A stretch of DNA of 62,293 nucleotides, the filler included, from Nemertoderma westbladi (taxonomy: Eukaryota > Animalia > Xenacoelomorpha), in assembly GCA_032718475.1 (NCBI GenBank). It is 3 parts of 3 records of this genome, joined end to end, with 100 filler letters (N's around TTAATTAATTAA, not from the genome) between each part and the next. Parts side by side here need not be neighbours in the genome. Positions count along the whole stretch, not along the records: positions 20,646 to 50,412 come from JAUCBJ010002091.1; positions 50,513 to 62,293 come from JAUCBJ010000470.1; 1 more part is not named here. One strand, written 5' to 3'. The translations under genes were made by a program, and so were the position numbers. Of this stretch, positions 48,446 through 59,942 are shown in pieces; the stretch's first letter is position 1, and each line of letters opens with the position of its first letter. The notes beneath the pieces were generated by a model, which did not search any database, was not told the origin of the DNA, and saw only the letters and a program-made list of their open reading frames with translations.

Positions 48446-48950
48446 TTGTGGGGCGAGCCACGAAGTTGGCGGAGCCTTAGCGAATTGACACTGTTAGGGG
48501 GTGGGTCAATTTATGCAAATAGTTGTCGTCGTCGTCGTCGTTGTCGTCGTCGTCGTTGTCGTCGTCGTTGTCGTCGTCGTTACGATTTTGACATGCTAAT
48601 AACTTTGTCGGATTTAAAGCTGCCAAGTTGAAAATTTGTAGGTATCAATATGAGCAAAAGTTGAGATTTTTGAGAGACTTTCAGACACCATCAGTGCAAT
48701 GGTCTCCCGCTAGAGGGCCACATGTCTAAACATTAAATGCCCTCCCATTTCTTTGCTTTTAATCCGTTTAAGCTGAAACTTGGCAGACATGTATTAGACC
48801 ATTAGTTGTGACTTTCAAAGGAGGCAAATCCATCTGCAAATCCATCTGCCGCTAGAGGGCCAACGTGACTATTTGCATAAATTGACCTACCCCCTAACAG
48901 TGTCAATTCGCTAAGGCTCTGCCAACTTCGTGCTGCGCGAAGTCCCACTT
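48446..48950. mobile_element. MITE with ~75-bp terminal inverted repeats and an internal (GTC)n tract
   Basis: CACGAAGTTGGCGGAGCCTTAGCGAATTGACACTGTTAGGGGGT..GGTCAATTTATGCAAATAG at the left end is inverted at ~48869-48933. Confidence 0.75.
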
Positions 48951-49339
48951 CGTGTAACATTATACTCAACGCCGTTAGTATTGACAGTGAGTTGTTATTA
49001 AGCACTTTACAACCTCTTAGAGGACATTACAGCATTGTATTGGCCTGTACATTTAGTATTGTATTGGGTGTTGTAATTTCCCTTGTTTATGTGGTAACCA
49101 GTGACGGCGAGCTGTAAAGTTACGGCGTCATTGGTTACCATGTAAACAATAGGTGGCATTTATAATTAATTGCCTGATAGCCAGATAGGCCTACTGCTAG
49201 GGTGTTCTAAAAAAACACCTTTTCCTCAGAATTCAGGTGCACTCTATTTAGCGTGTGTGATTTGGTGCTCAATCATCATTTTTCAAGTAAAAAGCCGATT
49301 ACTCAAAATTTAGACCCCCCGCAGCCCAAAAAATCTCGC

Positions 49340-49816
49340 GACAAGGTGGATCAGGGTTGTGGCGGTGGACTGCCGTCTAACGCGTATAAAGAGATAATCC
49401 GTATGGGAGGTCTGGAATCCGAGTCGGATTACCCTTACAAAGGGGCGGGAGGGAAGTGCGAATTCGATAAGAGCAAAGTGGTCGTCGTAATTAACGGATC
49501 GATTGCGTTACCAAAGGACGAAAAACTACTGGCTTCCTGGCTCTACACTAACGGACCAATCAGTATCGGGATTAACGCATTCGCGATGCAGTTCTATTTC
49601 GGGGGAATTAGTCATCCTTGGAAGATCTTCTGTAACCCTGCCGATCTGGACCACGGCGTGCTATTGGTTGGATTTGGCGTGGAAAATGGGACGCCTTTCT
49701 GGATCGTCAAGAATTCCTGGGGACCTACTTGGGGCGAAAAGGGTTACTATAGAGTCTATAGAGGAGATGGTACCTGTGGACTAAACACCATGGCAACGAG
49801 TGCAACAGTAAACTGA
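49340..49816 (+). pseudogene. CTSF: Cathepsin F-like papain-family protease, C-terminal portion only
   Basis: [75 protein letters not shown]; catalytic Cys segment absent and no clear acceptor upstream. Confidence 0.75.
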
Positions 49817-50412
49817 TAACGAACTGTCTCGACGTTCTATAATACTGTATCGCATATAGTTATTTATTATTAGAGATAATAGAAACTTTAGAATCAACTG
49901 GTATAGATTCATTACCAGATACTAATAATTACTCTATCTATATTATGTACGTACATCTTCAAACTAAGTAACCTATATGATTCAAAGTACCGTGATTTAA
50001 TGTAGGCCTAATTGTTGAAATATATGAACCTAATAAACAAATTCATTTAAATATTGAGTCTCCAAATTTGCAAGAAATCACATTAACAATTCATATTACG
50101 CTACAAGCGTAGCATATACTGCTAACAAAATTGGAACTAAGATTTTAACAATAAGTCATTTAAAATTCAGGATAAAGAATATTAGGAAATAAAGTAGATG
50201 TGATGACGTAACGAGATTTCATAATTTTTTCATACACAATTCAACGTTGATAATCTTTATACTTAGCAATAGGGTTGGTGCACGAAAAAATTGTTGGGCG
50301 AGAAACAATCGAATAAGGGCAACAAGGTGCCCTGAATCGAGTGGCGGGGTGTGTTTTTTGTAAAAACACGTGTACCGGTATACCGGTACCGTATACCGTA
50401 TACTGTATACCG

Positions 50413-50512
50413 NNNNNNNNNNNNNNNNNNNNNNNNNNNNNNNNNNNNNNNNNNNNTTAATTAATTAANNNNNNNNNNNNNNNNNNNNNNNNNNNNNNNN
50501 NNNNNNNNNNNN
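50413..50512. other. Artificial contig linker (N44-TTAATTAATTAA-N44)
   Basis: Same as 20546-20645. Confidence 0.95.
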
Positions 50513-53500
50513 GCGTCTCTAGTTCACGGTTTCTCGGCGGCCTCTTCGCTTTCCGCTTGAGAAAGGGTGACATCAGTTGGTTCTTCATAGGTTGATCTCT
50601 CAGCCAGCTGGGATTTCCACTGGGCCGTTTCCTGTACTTTGAGATCTACCCGATGTAGCCAAGTTTTGACAGCAACCTGCAGCGACGTGTCCTGTCTTCT
50701 TTTGGAAGTTTCCTCAAAGGCTGAGAGGATTAGTCGTATGCGTAGGGTTCTTTCGCGTATTTGATATAGCAGCTCTTCCTGCTCTTGAGGTCCGTGAGGT
50801 TGTCGAAACAGTTGTTCTTCCAATCGATCCAAGGATCCGAAGAATCCCTGCACATATCCTGCTGCCGACCTCTTCCAAACAGCTGGATCCATTGTATCTT
50901 TAGCCACTCCCATCCTGTGTATATCTTCCCAAGTAGCCTCGGACAGATCCAACGGAAGTCCGAGTCCGGGAAAGTTCCATTGTGATTCAACAATAGATAT
51001 AAATTCTTCCCTGGCGTATCCCGCGTAATTATCTTGGGTCGCTCGCTTATTCTTCGCCCAGTCGGCTTGATGTTCCTCCACCGCAATGAATATAGTAGTT
51101 AGCACTGCAGCAGGAAGAGTAAGAAGGGGGTCCGAGTAGACTGTATCAGCCATCTGCACTCCATGTTCGGGAGTCAGCTCTACAGTATCCGAACTGCTGG
51201 AGCTATCGGGTCGCTGGGAAGTAGGTTCTTGACCAAGATGTTGCTGCGATAGGACAACTGCCTCTTGGTCCCGTTTTACCTGTGCCCGAGTGCCTATGAT
51301 GGACCTATGGTGGACTAGCCTAGGGTCTGATACTACTGGAGGGATGACCTTTTTTACAGTAGGAGGTGAGCCGAACTCCTTTCTTATTCGCTCCACACTC
51401 CTATCTGAATCACAGATAGTTGTATCGATCAGACTGTCTGACAGGTTTTGCTGAGTGTCAGACATGTTTAGCTATACAGTTGAAGGCTTACTGCTATAGT
51501 TACAGTTAAAGCAAGTCTAGTAATTTAGTATGACCACTGGCCTAGTACCGGTAATTTATTGCAGTATATTAGAATATCGGTATGCGCTTATAATATATAT
51601 AAGTATTGTAAACTAGGTTTGTCACAGAGTACCGGTATATAAATTTAACACAGATATATATAAATATATAATAGGCCTATCTTGAATACCGGTATACAGC
51701 TTACACTTATAATATATATAAGTATAATTATGAACTAGAATTAATTACAGAGTACCGGTATGATTTCAGCTCAAATTTATAAAAATAAATATAATAAGCC
51801 TATGGTAAGTACCGGTATGTCAATTATTTTTAGAATAATTGAATTCCTGAATATTTTAGGGTTACTTAGTTACTTTAACTTACTTTATTACCGTTATTTA
51901 AGCAGTAGTCCAACTGATAGTGAGACCTAGTTGTTGTATGGCAGGCCTACTATTTATAAATCGTTTGATTTGATTTATAATATTTATATACCCGTTTAAA
52001 TGGGTTTTTGTCAATATTTGAAATAAATGTTATTATTTCTGGGGGAGTCACTACACAGAAGCTGTGCGCTCTCAGTGAAGTGCTATTTATTTGACACTAA
52101 AACTGATAATTCTAATTTACCTAAGTTACTTAATACTACAAATTACTTACTATACTGGTGAGATTAATTCTCTAATTAAACACAACAAAATATTACGTAC
52201 GAAATTTTTAGGGTAATTTTACAGGAAGTCTACAAACCAGCCTAACAAAGGGTTAGAATTCTGGTTATTACAACGGACAGGGTACTACGGTATTTGAAAT
52301 AATAAGTAGTAGTAAATATATTGTACTGTCCAGATAGGAAAATACCACCGCCTGATGACCTATAACCGTATCGCTATAGGTACTACGTTATGTATCACGG
52401 ATTGTTCCTACCCAGAAGCTAATAGAGCTAACGAATGTGCCTATCAACCACTTTACAACACAAATATACTGCCTACACTAATTACTTCGGAAAGCACTGT
52501 ACACTAAACCCTAAATTAGGTACAAGTACCGGTATAACAAATAATCAGTAGTTAAATATACTTGAACAGTTAAAAGAACCACGGCATCTGCTGGAGTGAC
52601 CGAAGCACAAAATCTCCAGTCTTTACCTACGCCGAGCAGCCCTGATGTAGTACCGGGGTTAGTTTAACTATAACGGTATGTATAACAAGCACAATTACTG
52701 TAGGAATAAACTTGGGGACATGAATGTTGCGAATAATCGCATAGACTCTGAATAATAAATATTACGCTACCCGTACAGAATACTCAAACAAAATACAAAC
52801 TAAACGCTGGCAGACTACTATCAAGCCTAAACAAACTACAGTATGTGCAGATTCTGAAACTGTTAGTTAGTATGCGTTCTAGCACGGTAGTACGACTTAT
52901 TCTTTAAGAGGGGATTGACCTTACCGCATATGGCTGCCCCAACTTACTAACGGCACTTGATCAGACAAACTCTACACACGCAGCAATCCCTTCAGGCCTA
53001 AGAATAGCTAGACAACAATCCAGCCTACAAAATATTTGAGTAATAACTATTATGGTACCTGAACAGACCACACAAACAAACACAGGCTAAAACACTGGCA
53101 GACTACAATCAAGCCTAAATAAACTACAGTATATGCAGATTCTGAAACTGTTAGTTAGTATGCGTTCTAACACGGTAGTACGACTTATTCTTTAAGAGGG
53201 GATTGACCTTACCGCATATGGCTGCCCCAACTTACTAACGGCACTTGATCAGACAAACTCTACACACGCCGTAATCTCTCCAAACTCAACACAGTCAGAC
53301 AGCAGTTCAGCCTACAATTATTTGAACAATCTGAGCAGACTTACACGTCTTCAGCTCAATATTAACTTACTAGGAAATAAAACCGACAGAAATAAGTAAG
53401 CTCCAAAAGAAACAAGGGGTGTACAGTCCCTAATCTCTTAAACAGCCTACCGGTATACAATAATCAAAATCGAATAATACTACATGTACTTGTACAGCAG

Positions 53501-54820
53501 TACCGGTACCGGTGATGACAGTTAGGCCTACTGACCTACAGAAGTACCGGTTCAGTTTTACCAGTCACTACGGTATTTTGCAACCTTATTGCCTACTGCA
53601 ATAAGATTAATAAACTGTTACTGTTCGCGCTTTTGAAGACCTTTAGCAGTTTAACCTGCCAAAATTTATATGTCTTTTAGTTAATTAAAACAACTTTAGC
53701 ATACGACAATAATTTATGCTAATAAACAAAACATTAACCGAAGCCAGCCCATGCGCGATCATTCACCCGATGGATCTACACCCGGGAGGCTGAATTCGGC
53801 TGCTTAAATTTTATTATTGCAGTGTAAGGTTGCAGTGTAAACTTACTGTATTATTCGATAGATCGTTAATAATTAATCTCTGACAGATATTATTGGCTTT
53901 CGGGAAATATTAACAGTTCCTTTAGGACGTGGCGCTCTATCTATTTAAACAGAACTAGGACTTATACTAAACGCAACGATACTGCTTATGATTAAAGTAT
54001 AAAGCGCATTCTTTAGGAAATGCTTTGTTACCAATCACAATCATACACACTATTCTGCCGACCGTCAGTAAATTTGATCACACTTAAAGAGAGCAGCAAT
54101 TGACTCATGTAGTGTCTGTTAAATAACATTAGATTCAATACACACCACATTGATATAAATCGCAATTGTTATGTACAGCCGGTCTCTCTAACCTGTAGTG
54201 TATCAAGAAAATTGGGAAATTTGGGTGATTTATCCGTATTATCCAAAGAGCAATATTTCCATCAACAAATAGGTACAATTAATAACTGACGGTAAATAAC
54301 AGTACAAACAATATGATTAATAGTGAGTTAAGATTGATTAGTTAAGTTAAGATTCGTGAGTTAGGTAACAGTTTATACTTTCGATAATTTAAGCAGTTTT
54401 ACTAGAGTTCTTCCCAAAAAGCCGGTGTTATGGCGAAAAATGGGAACACAACAACAGAATCATATAAAATCATATGACTACTACCACTATACGAGTATAC
54501 CAATTACCCTTATTCCACGAAGCCCCGTTCAACACAGAGGATGAGCATAGAGATAGGAAATTCAGTTCAGTAGCGCTGGGATAGGTCGAAATCAACGCCT
54601 ACGCAAATTCTATTGGCCGACACGGACAGCAAGGCTTAGGCAACCTCCCTACACTGGTTGGCCGATTAAACTGAGCCCAGATATCTCCACACAGCACATC
54701 AGCCAATAAGCTGGTAGCTTGCACTATTTTAGTTATAAATCCCTTTGAGAGTATTCTAGCGACCGGGGGGAACTGGCCAGCAAAGGCATACGTATCAGTT
54801 ATCCCACAAAAGCTTTTACA
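50513..54820 (-). mobile_element. BEL/Pao element 5' portion: 5' LTR 53622-54820, ~2.15-kb leader, gag start
   Basis: LTR termini TGTAAAAGCTTTTG...AAAAGCGCGAACA; gag ORF homologous to 20896. Confidence 0.9.
50524..51465 (-). pseudogene. BEL/Pao gag N-terminal fragment with premature TGA
   Basis: MSDTQQNLSDSL... aligns to the 674-aa ORF; homology continues past the stop to the gap. Confidence 0.8.
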
Positions 54821-56720
54821 ACCATACCATCTCCCACAACAATGGAATACTCGGTTGCATCTCTATAGTTCCCAATGTTTATTTAAAGGGGGGGGGGGGG
54901 GGGGGGATTTCATATTTTTTGCATTTACAGCCGAATTTAATGGGGATTGCAGACATGAAAACCGCTTAGAGAGACCTCTTTTAGTTCTTGAGTTATCGTG
55001 AAATATCTGTCTGTCAAAATGTAAGGCAGAGAACAGGAGAACCGATCAACGGGCAGACTAGATTCCACCAAATATTAAAACTGACATCTGAAATTTAAAG
55101 CAGCGACCCCGAAAACCCCCGTAAATATCATTTTAGCTCGGCAGCTCGGTGGACGTGGCACGTGGTATGTCTCCTTCCAACTATCCCATCCCTTTTTAAT
55201 TTTTCACACGAAAATACTACCGTTATTTGTAATTTTATATTTATATGATATATATATATTATATATAAAGATAATTTCATAAACTTAAATTAATTTCGGC
55301 CAGTTTTCTTGATTACATAATATTTCCCCTTTTTTTCCAATGAAAAGTTAGAAGAAAACATGGGTATTTTAATTTTTTATTTTATTTTTAATTTTTTTTT
55401 ACAAAATCCCCCCCCCCCCCCCCCCCCTAAGTAGGGCCTACTACATTCAGACATTGCTCACCCTCACAGGCTAAACTGTAGTCGGTAAACTAACTATCCA
55501 TCCAATCCATTATTTTTAGCACAACAGTGACAAATATATTTTTTGTCATTTTTTTTAATTGTTTTAGTTTTTCGTCTCGTTTTTCTTTTTATAAGTCTCA
55601 ATTTTAATAGAAATTTAAAATATTATAGCAATTTGTAAAGTGTACTGTATGTGCATTACAGTATATTTTATATTCACTTTATAGTACCCAAACTCCCGTA
55701 AGTGCCTTGAGCCTGGGCAGTTTCCCTTCCTCGACCTTTTGTGTATTCTTTGTTCTGTATGTAGGCCTACTGGCCTATGTTTCTATGTTATGTGTATTTC
55801 ACATATTTTAATATCGAGTTTTTAAATACATAAATAAATAATAAATAAATAAATAAAATAAACTACAGCCTTCTAACCAAAAAGCTAAACAACTGTTTAT
55901 AAGTACCGTGGTGTTATCTACCATTGAATAGGCCCATTGTATATTGCAGGGCAGATTATACAGTGGATATCACTGCATAACCAAGGCAACTGCTGAAATA
56001 CACAAATATGTAGTCCATATTATATTCTCTAGGTGAGCCTTGAAATTTCTAAGTATTGCTTTGAGCAGTTGAGTTACCGGCTTGACTAAAACTCAAGAAA
56101 ATCTTAGTCAAGGTAAAATTTGAGTTTCAAGGTGACCTTAAAAGGGTTTTCAAGGTAAATCTCAATATTTTTTGAGTTAATCGGCCCTGGGCCGAGTATG
56201 AGCAGATGAGTACCGGTAACTCAAAAAAACTTGAGGTTGGGATTGAGATTGACCTTGAAATTAACATCAAACATTGAATCTATTTTACTACTGGCAGACT
56301 GGTAGTAAGTAGGCTATTCCTATCTGAAATATTTCAAGGTCAACCTTAAGGCAGTACCCTACCCAGTACAGCAGTAAGGTCTGAAGGTTGAAGGTATACT
56401 TCTGTACTTGAGAATTTCCTTAAGTAAAACTTCAGTTTCAAGGTGACCTTGCATCTTGCTGCCTTGAAGTGGATTTCAAGGTCAATCTGTCAATCTCAAG
56501 ATTTTTTGAGTTACTCGGCCCTCAGCTAAGGGTTCCTCTGATCCTCTGTCTGTCTGTCTGTACCTGTCTGCCTGTCAGCCTGTAATGCCTACCGGTACCT
56601 CCAGTACCTAGCTACTGAGCTATAACTGTATAATCTGATAATTATAGAAACCAAATATAATACTGTACAGTTGTATGCTGTAATGAGGTAATCAATATCA
56701 ACAACAATCGTCTGATCGAA

Positions 56721-57307
56721 ATGTCCAGAAAGCGATTGCGAAGACAAACTGAAGTTCCATTGCATCCGAGTAACCGGTGGCTGAAAATGAATTATTTTAT
56801 TATTTTCTACGCCTCTGTGGTTCGATCCAAGAGCACCAACTTTTTAACGATCGCGACAATAGTTAGCTTTCTTTTATCAACGATATTTTTACTGCGAGGC
56901 CCGAACACTTCAGAATTCACTCAAATGAATCACACATTCCCGGACAGGGATCGTAATTGGCCGCTCGCCGAACTCCATACCGCTCTCCAGTTGCGACTGA
57001 CGACGCCGGTTGCGTCTGACCACGCGGCCCGGATAACAGACGCTACAATGTCAGCTCGTCTCGCTCGCGATATGCAGTTGGCAGGCAAGCTGGACAAAGC
57101 ATCACGACTTTTCCAGCACGCGTTGTCACTTGACCCCCGACGCCCTGACATTCTCAACGAATACGGTCAGTTCTTAGAGAAATCCAATGACGTCGTCACC
57201 GCTGAACACATGTACTGTCGTGCGCTCGCGATTCAACCGGATCATAAACTCGCAGCGACAAACCGGGAACGAACGCTACCACTGGTCGAGGAGATCGATT
57301 CCGCTAG
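56721..57307 (+). CDS. FICD: FIC domain protein adenylyltransferase (HYPE), exon 1: hydrophobic anchor and TPRs
   Basis: GKLDKASRLFQHALSLDP..PDILNEYGQFLE...AEHMYCRALAIQP.H..A..NRERTLPLVEEID matches the FICD TPR region; AG|GTAAAT donor; exact start codon uncertain. Confidence 0.88.
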
Positions 57308-58506
57308 GTAAATCGGTTGCAACTTATTTATATCGATCCGAAAAAAGTTGTTTTTCATAAAAAAAAATGTGTATGCTATTAATTGGCTCTATTAATATAG
57401 AAATACTGCCTTTTATATTAACATAAAATAATACAAATCGAAAATGAAAAGTTTTATAAGCTGTTTTTCTTTAGAAGTCGCGCAAAGTTGGGCCAAATGT
57501 TATGCCTATAAAATCTAATCGGCATCGGGTACCGGTACCTAGCGCGAATGTACTTCAGGAATTTCAATTAAATAGTGGTGCGATTTATTCTAGACGGGTT
57601 GCTCCCTGAACAAAGTTGATCCAATACCCCAACCCAGACCACCAATTTAATATTGTGGTTCATACGAGGCTGTAGATGAAGTGCAAAAATCGCAACGCGT
57701 TGTGCGCGTATTTGAAATAGAGCGCGGTAAAAGCGCGCGGAATTGATTTAAAAGTGCGCGAAATTATGTGAAAGACAACAAAAGTGCGCAGTAATCTGTG
57801 CATAATATCAAAAGTCATAAACAGATAAAGTGCGTGGACAGGCGGATGAGATGTAAAAACGTTTACATGCATGCAAAGTGAGAAATATAATTTGCCACAA
57901 AAAAATTTGCTCGCTTCGCTCGCTTCGTTTGCGCGTTTCTTTCCATTTTGCATTGTCAGATTGCTCAAATGTCTAAATTTCGCTCACTTTGAGTTTTGCT
58001 CGCGTTTCTTTTTCATTTTGCATTGTTAATGAGAAAAATTTTGCTCGCTTTGCAAGCGTATGTTTTTCGTTTTTTTTTTGTTAAAATGAAGTGTGCGTGT
58101 TTTTTTCGGTGTATGCACGGTATATATTGTCCAATATTGCGCGGCTGAAAAATTGTGCGCAGGCGTTGCGCGCGGTTCAGTGGTGGTTTGCAGCCTGGGG
58201 TTCATATAGCCATACCTTCCTTCCACCTCTTCGTAATATAACGATGCGGTTTATTGTTTTGGGTAGAAAAGGCCGTTTCTTTACTATCTAGTTTAGGGTT
58301 GGATTTGGGTTCCATAGGGGGGTTGTTGTGGTGGGATAGTGATGATTTCAGGAATGAGCCAAAGTATCAGTACCCTAACCCGGGTTAGTGTTCCGGTACC
58401 GGTACGGTAAGCCGTAGGTTACCGCAACACTAACCGTACCGGTACCGTATCGGTACCTAAACGAGGGTTAGTCTTCCCCGTAAATTCGTTATTATTTGAT
58501 TATTAG

Positions 58507-58740
58507 ATTTCAACGAATCGACATTAAACGCGACCGACTCATGGGAATCCCGGAGAGTAATTCGGCATTGCGGCGGGCCAAGAAGGAGAGCTACTACCTC
58601 CACATCTACCACACCAACGCAATCGAGGGTAACTCTATGGACGTGATGCAGACCAGAGCGATCATCGATAGCGGGGTAGCTGTCCCGGGGAAGTCTATAC
58701 TTGAACACAACGAGGTCCTGGGATTGGATTCCGCACTCAG
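58507..58740 (+). CDS. FICD: FICD exon 2, including the autoinhibitory helix
   Basis: TTAG acceptor, phase 2; SALRRAKKESYYLHIYHTNAIEGN...AVPGKSILEHNEVLG has the (S/T)xxxE(G/N) motif; AG|GTTAGT donor. Confidence 0.9.
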
Positions 58741-58946
58741 GTTAGTTTTACCTAGTATTTTTTTAATGTTTGTATGTTCTAAAGACAATCAAGAAAAGAC
58801 AGTTAATTTTAATACAAAAGAGTATTAAATATATGGGTAATGTTTAGTGGAATCTTCAGGCGTAAAATTGGTAAAGAGATCTAATAAGGTAAATGCATAA
58901 TAATTCCAAATAAAATGGGACCAGAAGGGACACCTTGTGTCTTATG

Positions 58947-59936
58947 CATGGTTGGCATAAATCCCGAAAAAAAAGTTTTGTCGGGATTTCCCGGGAAATC
59001 CCGAAAAAGTGGGCAAATCCCCGGATATTCAAAATGTAAATGTAGTACAGAAACAATTGTACAGGAAAATAACCCTAGGTTATTAATCAGTGGTTTAAGG
59101 GGACAATTTGATGATTGATGAAGGACTTGAAGGGATTGAAGGAGAGATGGCTTCTGATGTTTAATGAAACTAGATGGAACTCAAAAGAAACATTATCAAG
59201 TTTAATAGACTGCATTAAAGGACTGGTGGATGGTAATGAAGTTGTTGATAATGAACAACCTGACTATGGAATTAGTGATTCCACAATACGGTTGCTAGGT
59301 GAATCATTGTTTGTGTCATCAGTTCATGAGATGTCAAAACATCTTAAACCCTACAAAATTTTTCCAGACAAATTTCAAGGAGATGATGTGTACCTGTCTA
59401 ATGTTGTTCATCAGTATATCTTGCTACTAGATTATGTGCGTGAATCTGGTTATAGAGATGATGAACATGGGATCATGTAACGAATAAATATGGGGATGAT
59501 ACAGGTTGAACACATCATGGCATACATACTCGATCAACGCTATACTAAAACTACCAACGAATTGAAGTATGTTAAAAGCCCATCAACAGGATATGTTCCA
59601 GAACATTTAGTAGAAAATGCCATTGACGCTCTAGAGGATGTTGATGAGCCAGCTTATAGCGACTTTATTATAGGGCGAAAGAATTCCCCAACAGACCCTC
59701 GTAAGCGTTGGCAATATATGTTGACAAAAAAGTCAACAAAACTTGGTCTATTTGCACTCAAAATATTCTCAATCGTCCCAAACAATTGTTCTGTTGAAAG
59801 AAATTTTCACGACTGCCGCAACTATATGCCATATCTCCGAAAAGGTGATCTTCGTCCTTCAAAAGTGTTGAAAATGGTGAAGTGCTTGAAGGTTTTAAAA
59901 GTAAAAGCTACTGATGATGATGATATTGATGATTGT
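58947..59936 (+). mobile_element. Degraded hAT DNA transposon in FICD intron 2
   Basis: ORFs 59115-59480 and 59490-59960 share a frame across one stop; LDQRY and W....KLGLFALKIFSIVPNNCSVERNF resemble the hAT C-terminal dimerisation domain; CATGGTTGGCA end with ATCCCG subterminal repeats. Confidence 0.7.
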
Positions 59937-59942
59937 CAATTT

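Noticed and set aside
48294-49816. Cystatin and cathepsin F as one fused gene
   Set aside because: Opposite strands, and the cystatin has its own stop at 33803-33805
52656-52680. TAACTATAACGGT resembling an LSU rRNA / I-CeuI site
   Set aside because: Only 13 nt match with no flanking rRNA similarity; likely chance
17249-54820. Minus-strand 3' part (17249-20545) and 5' part (50513-54820) as one element
   Set aside because: The LTRs are clearly diverged and the flanks (TATGT vs ACCAT) do not form a TSD
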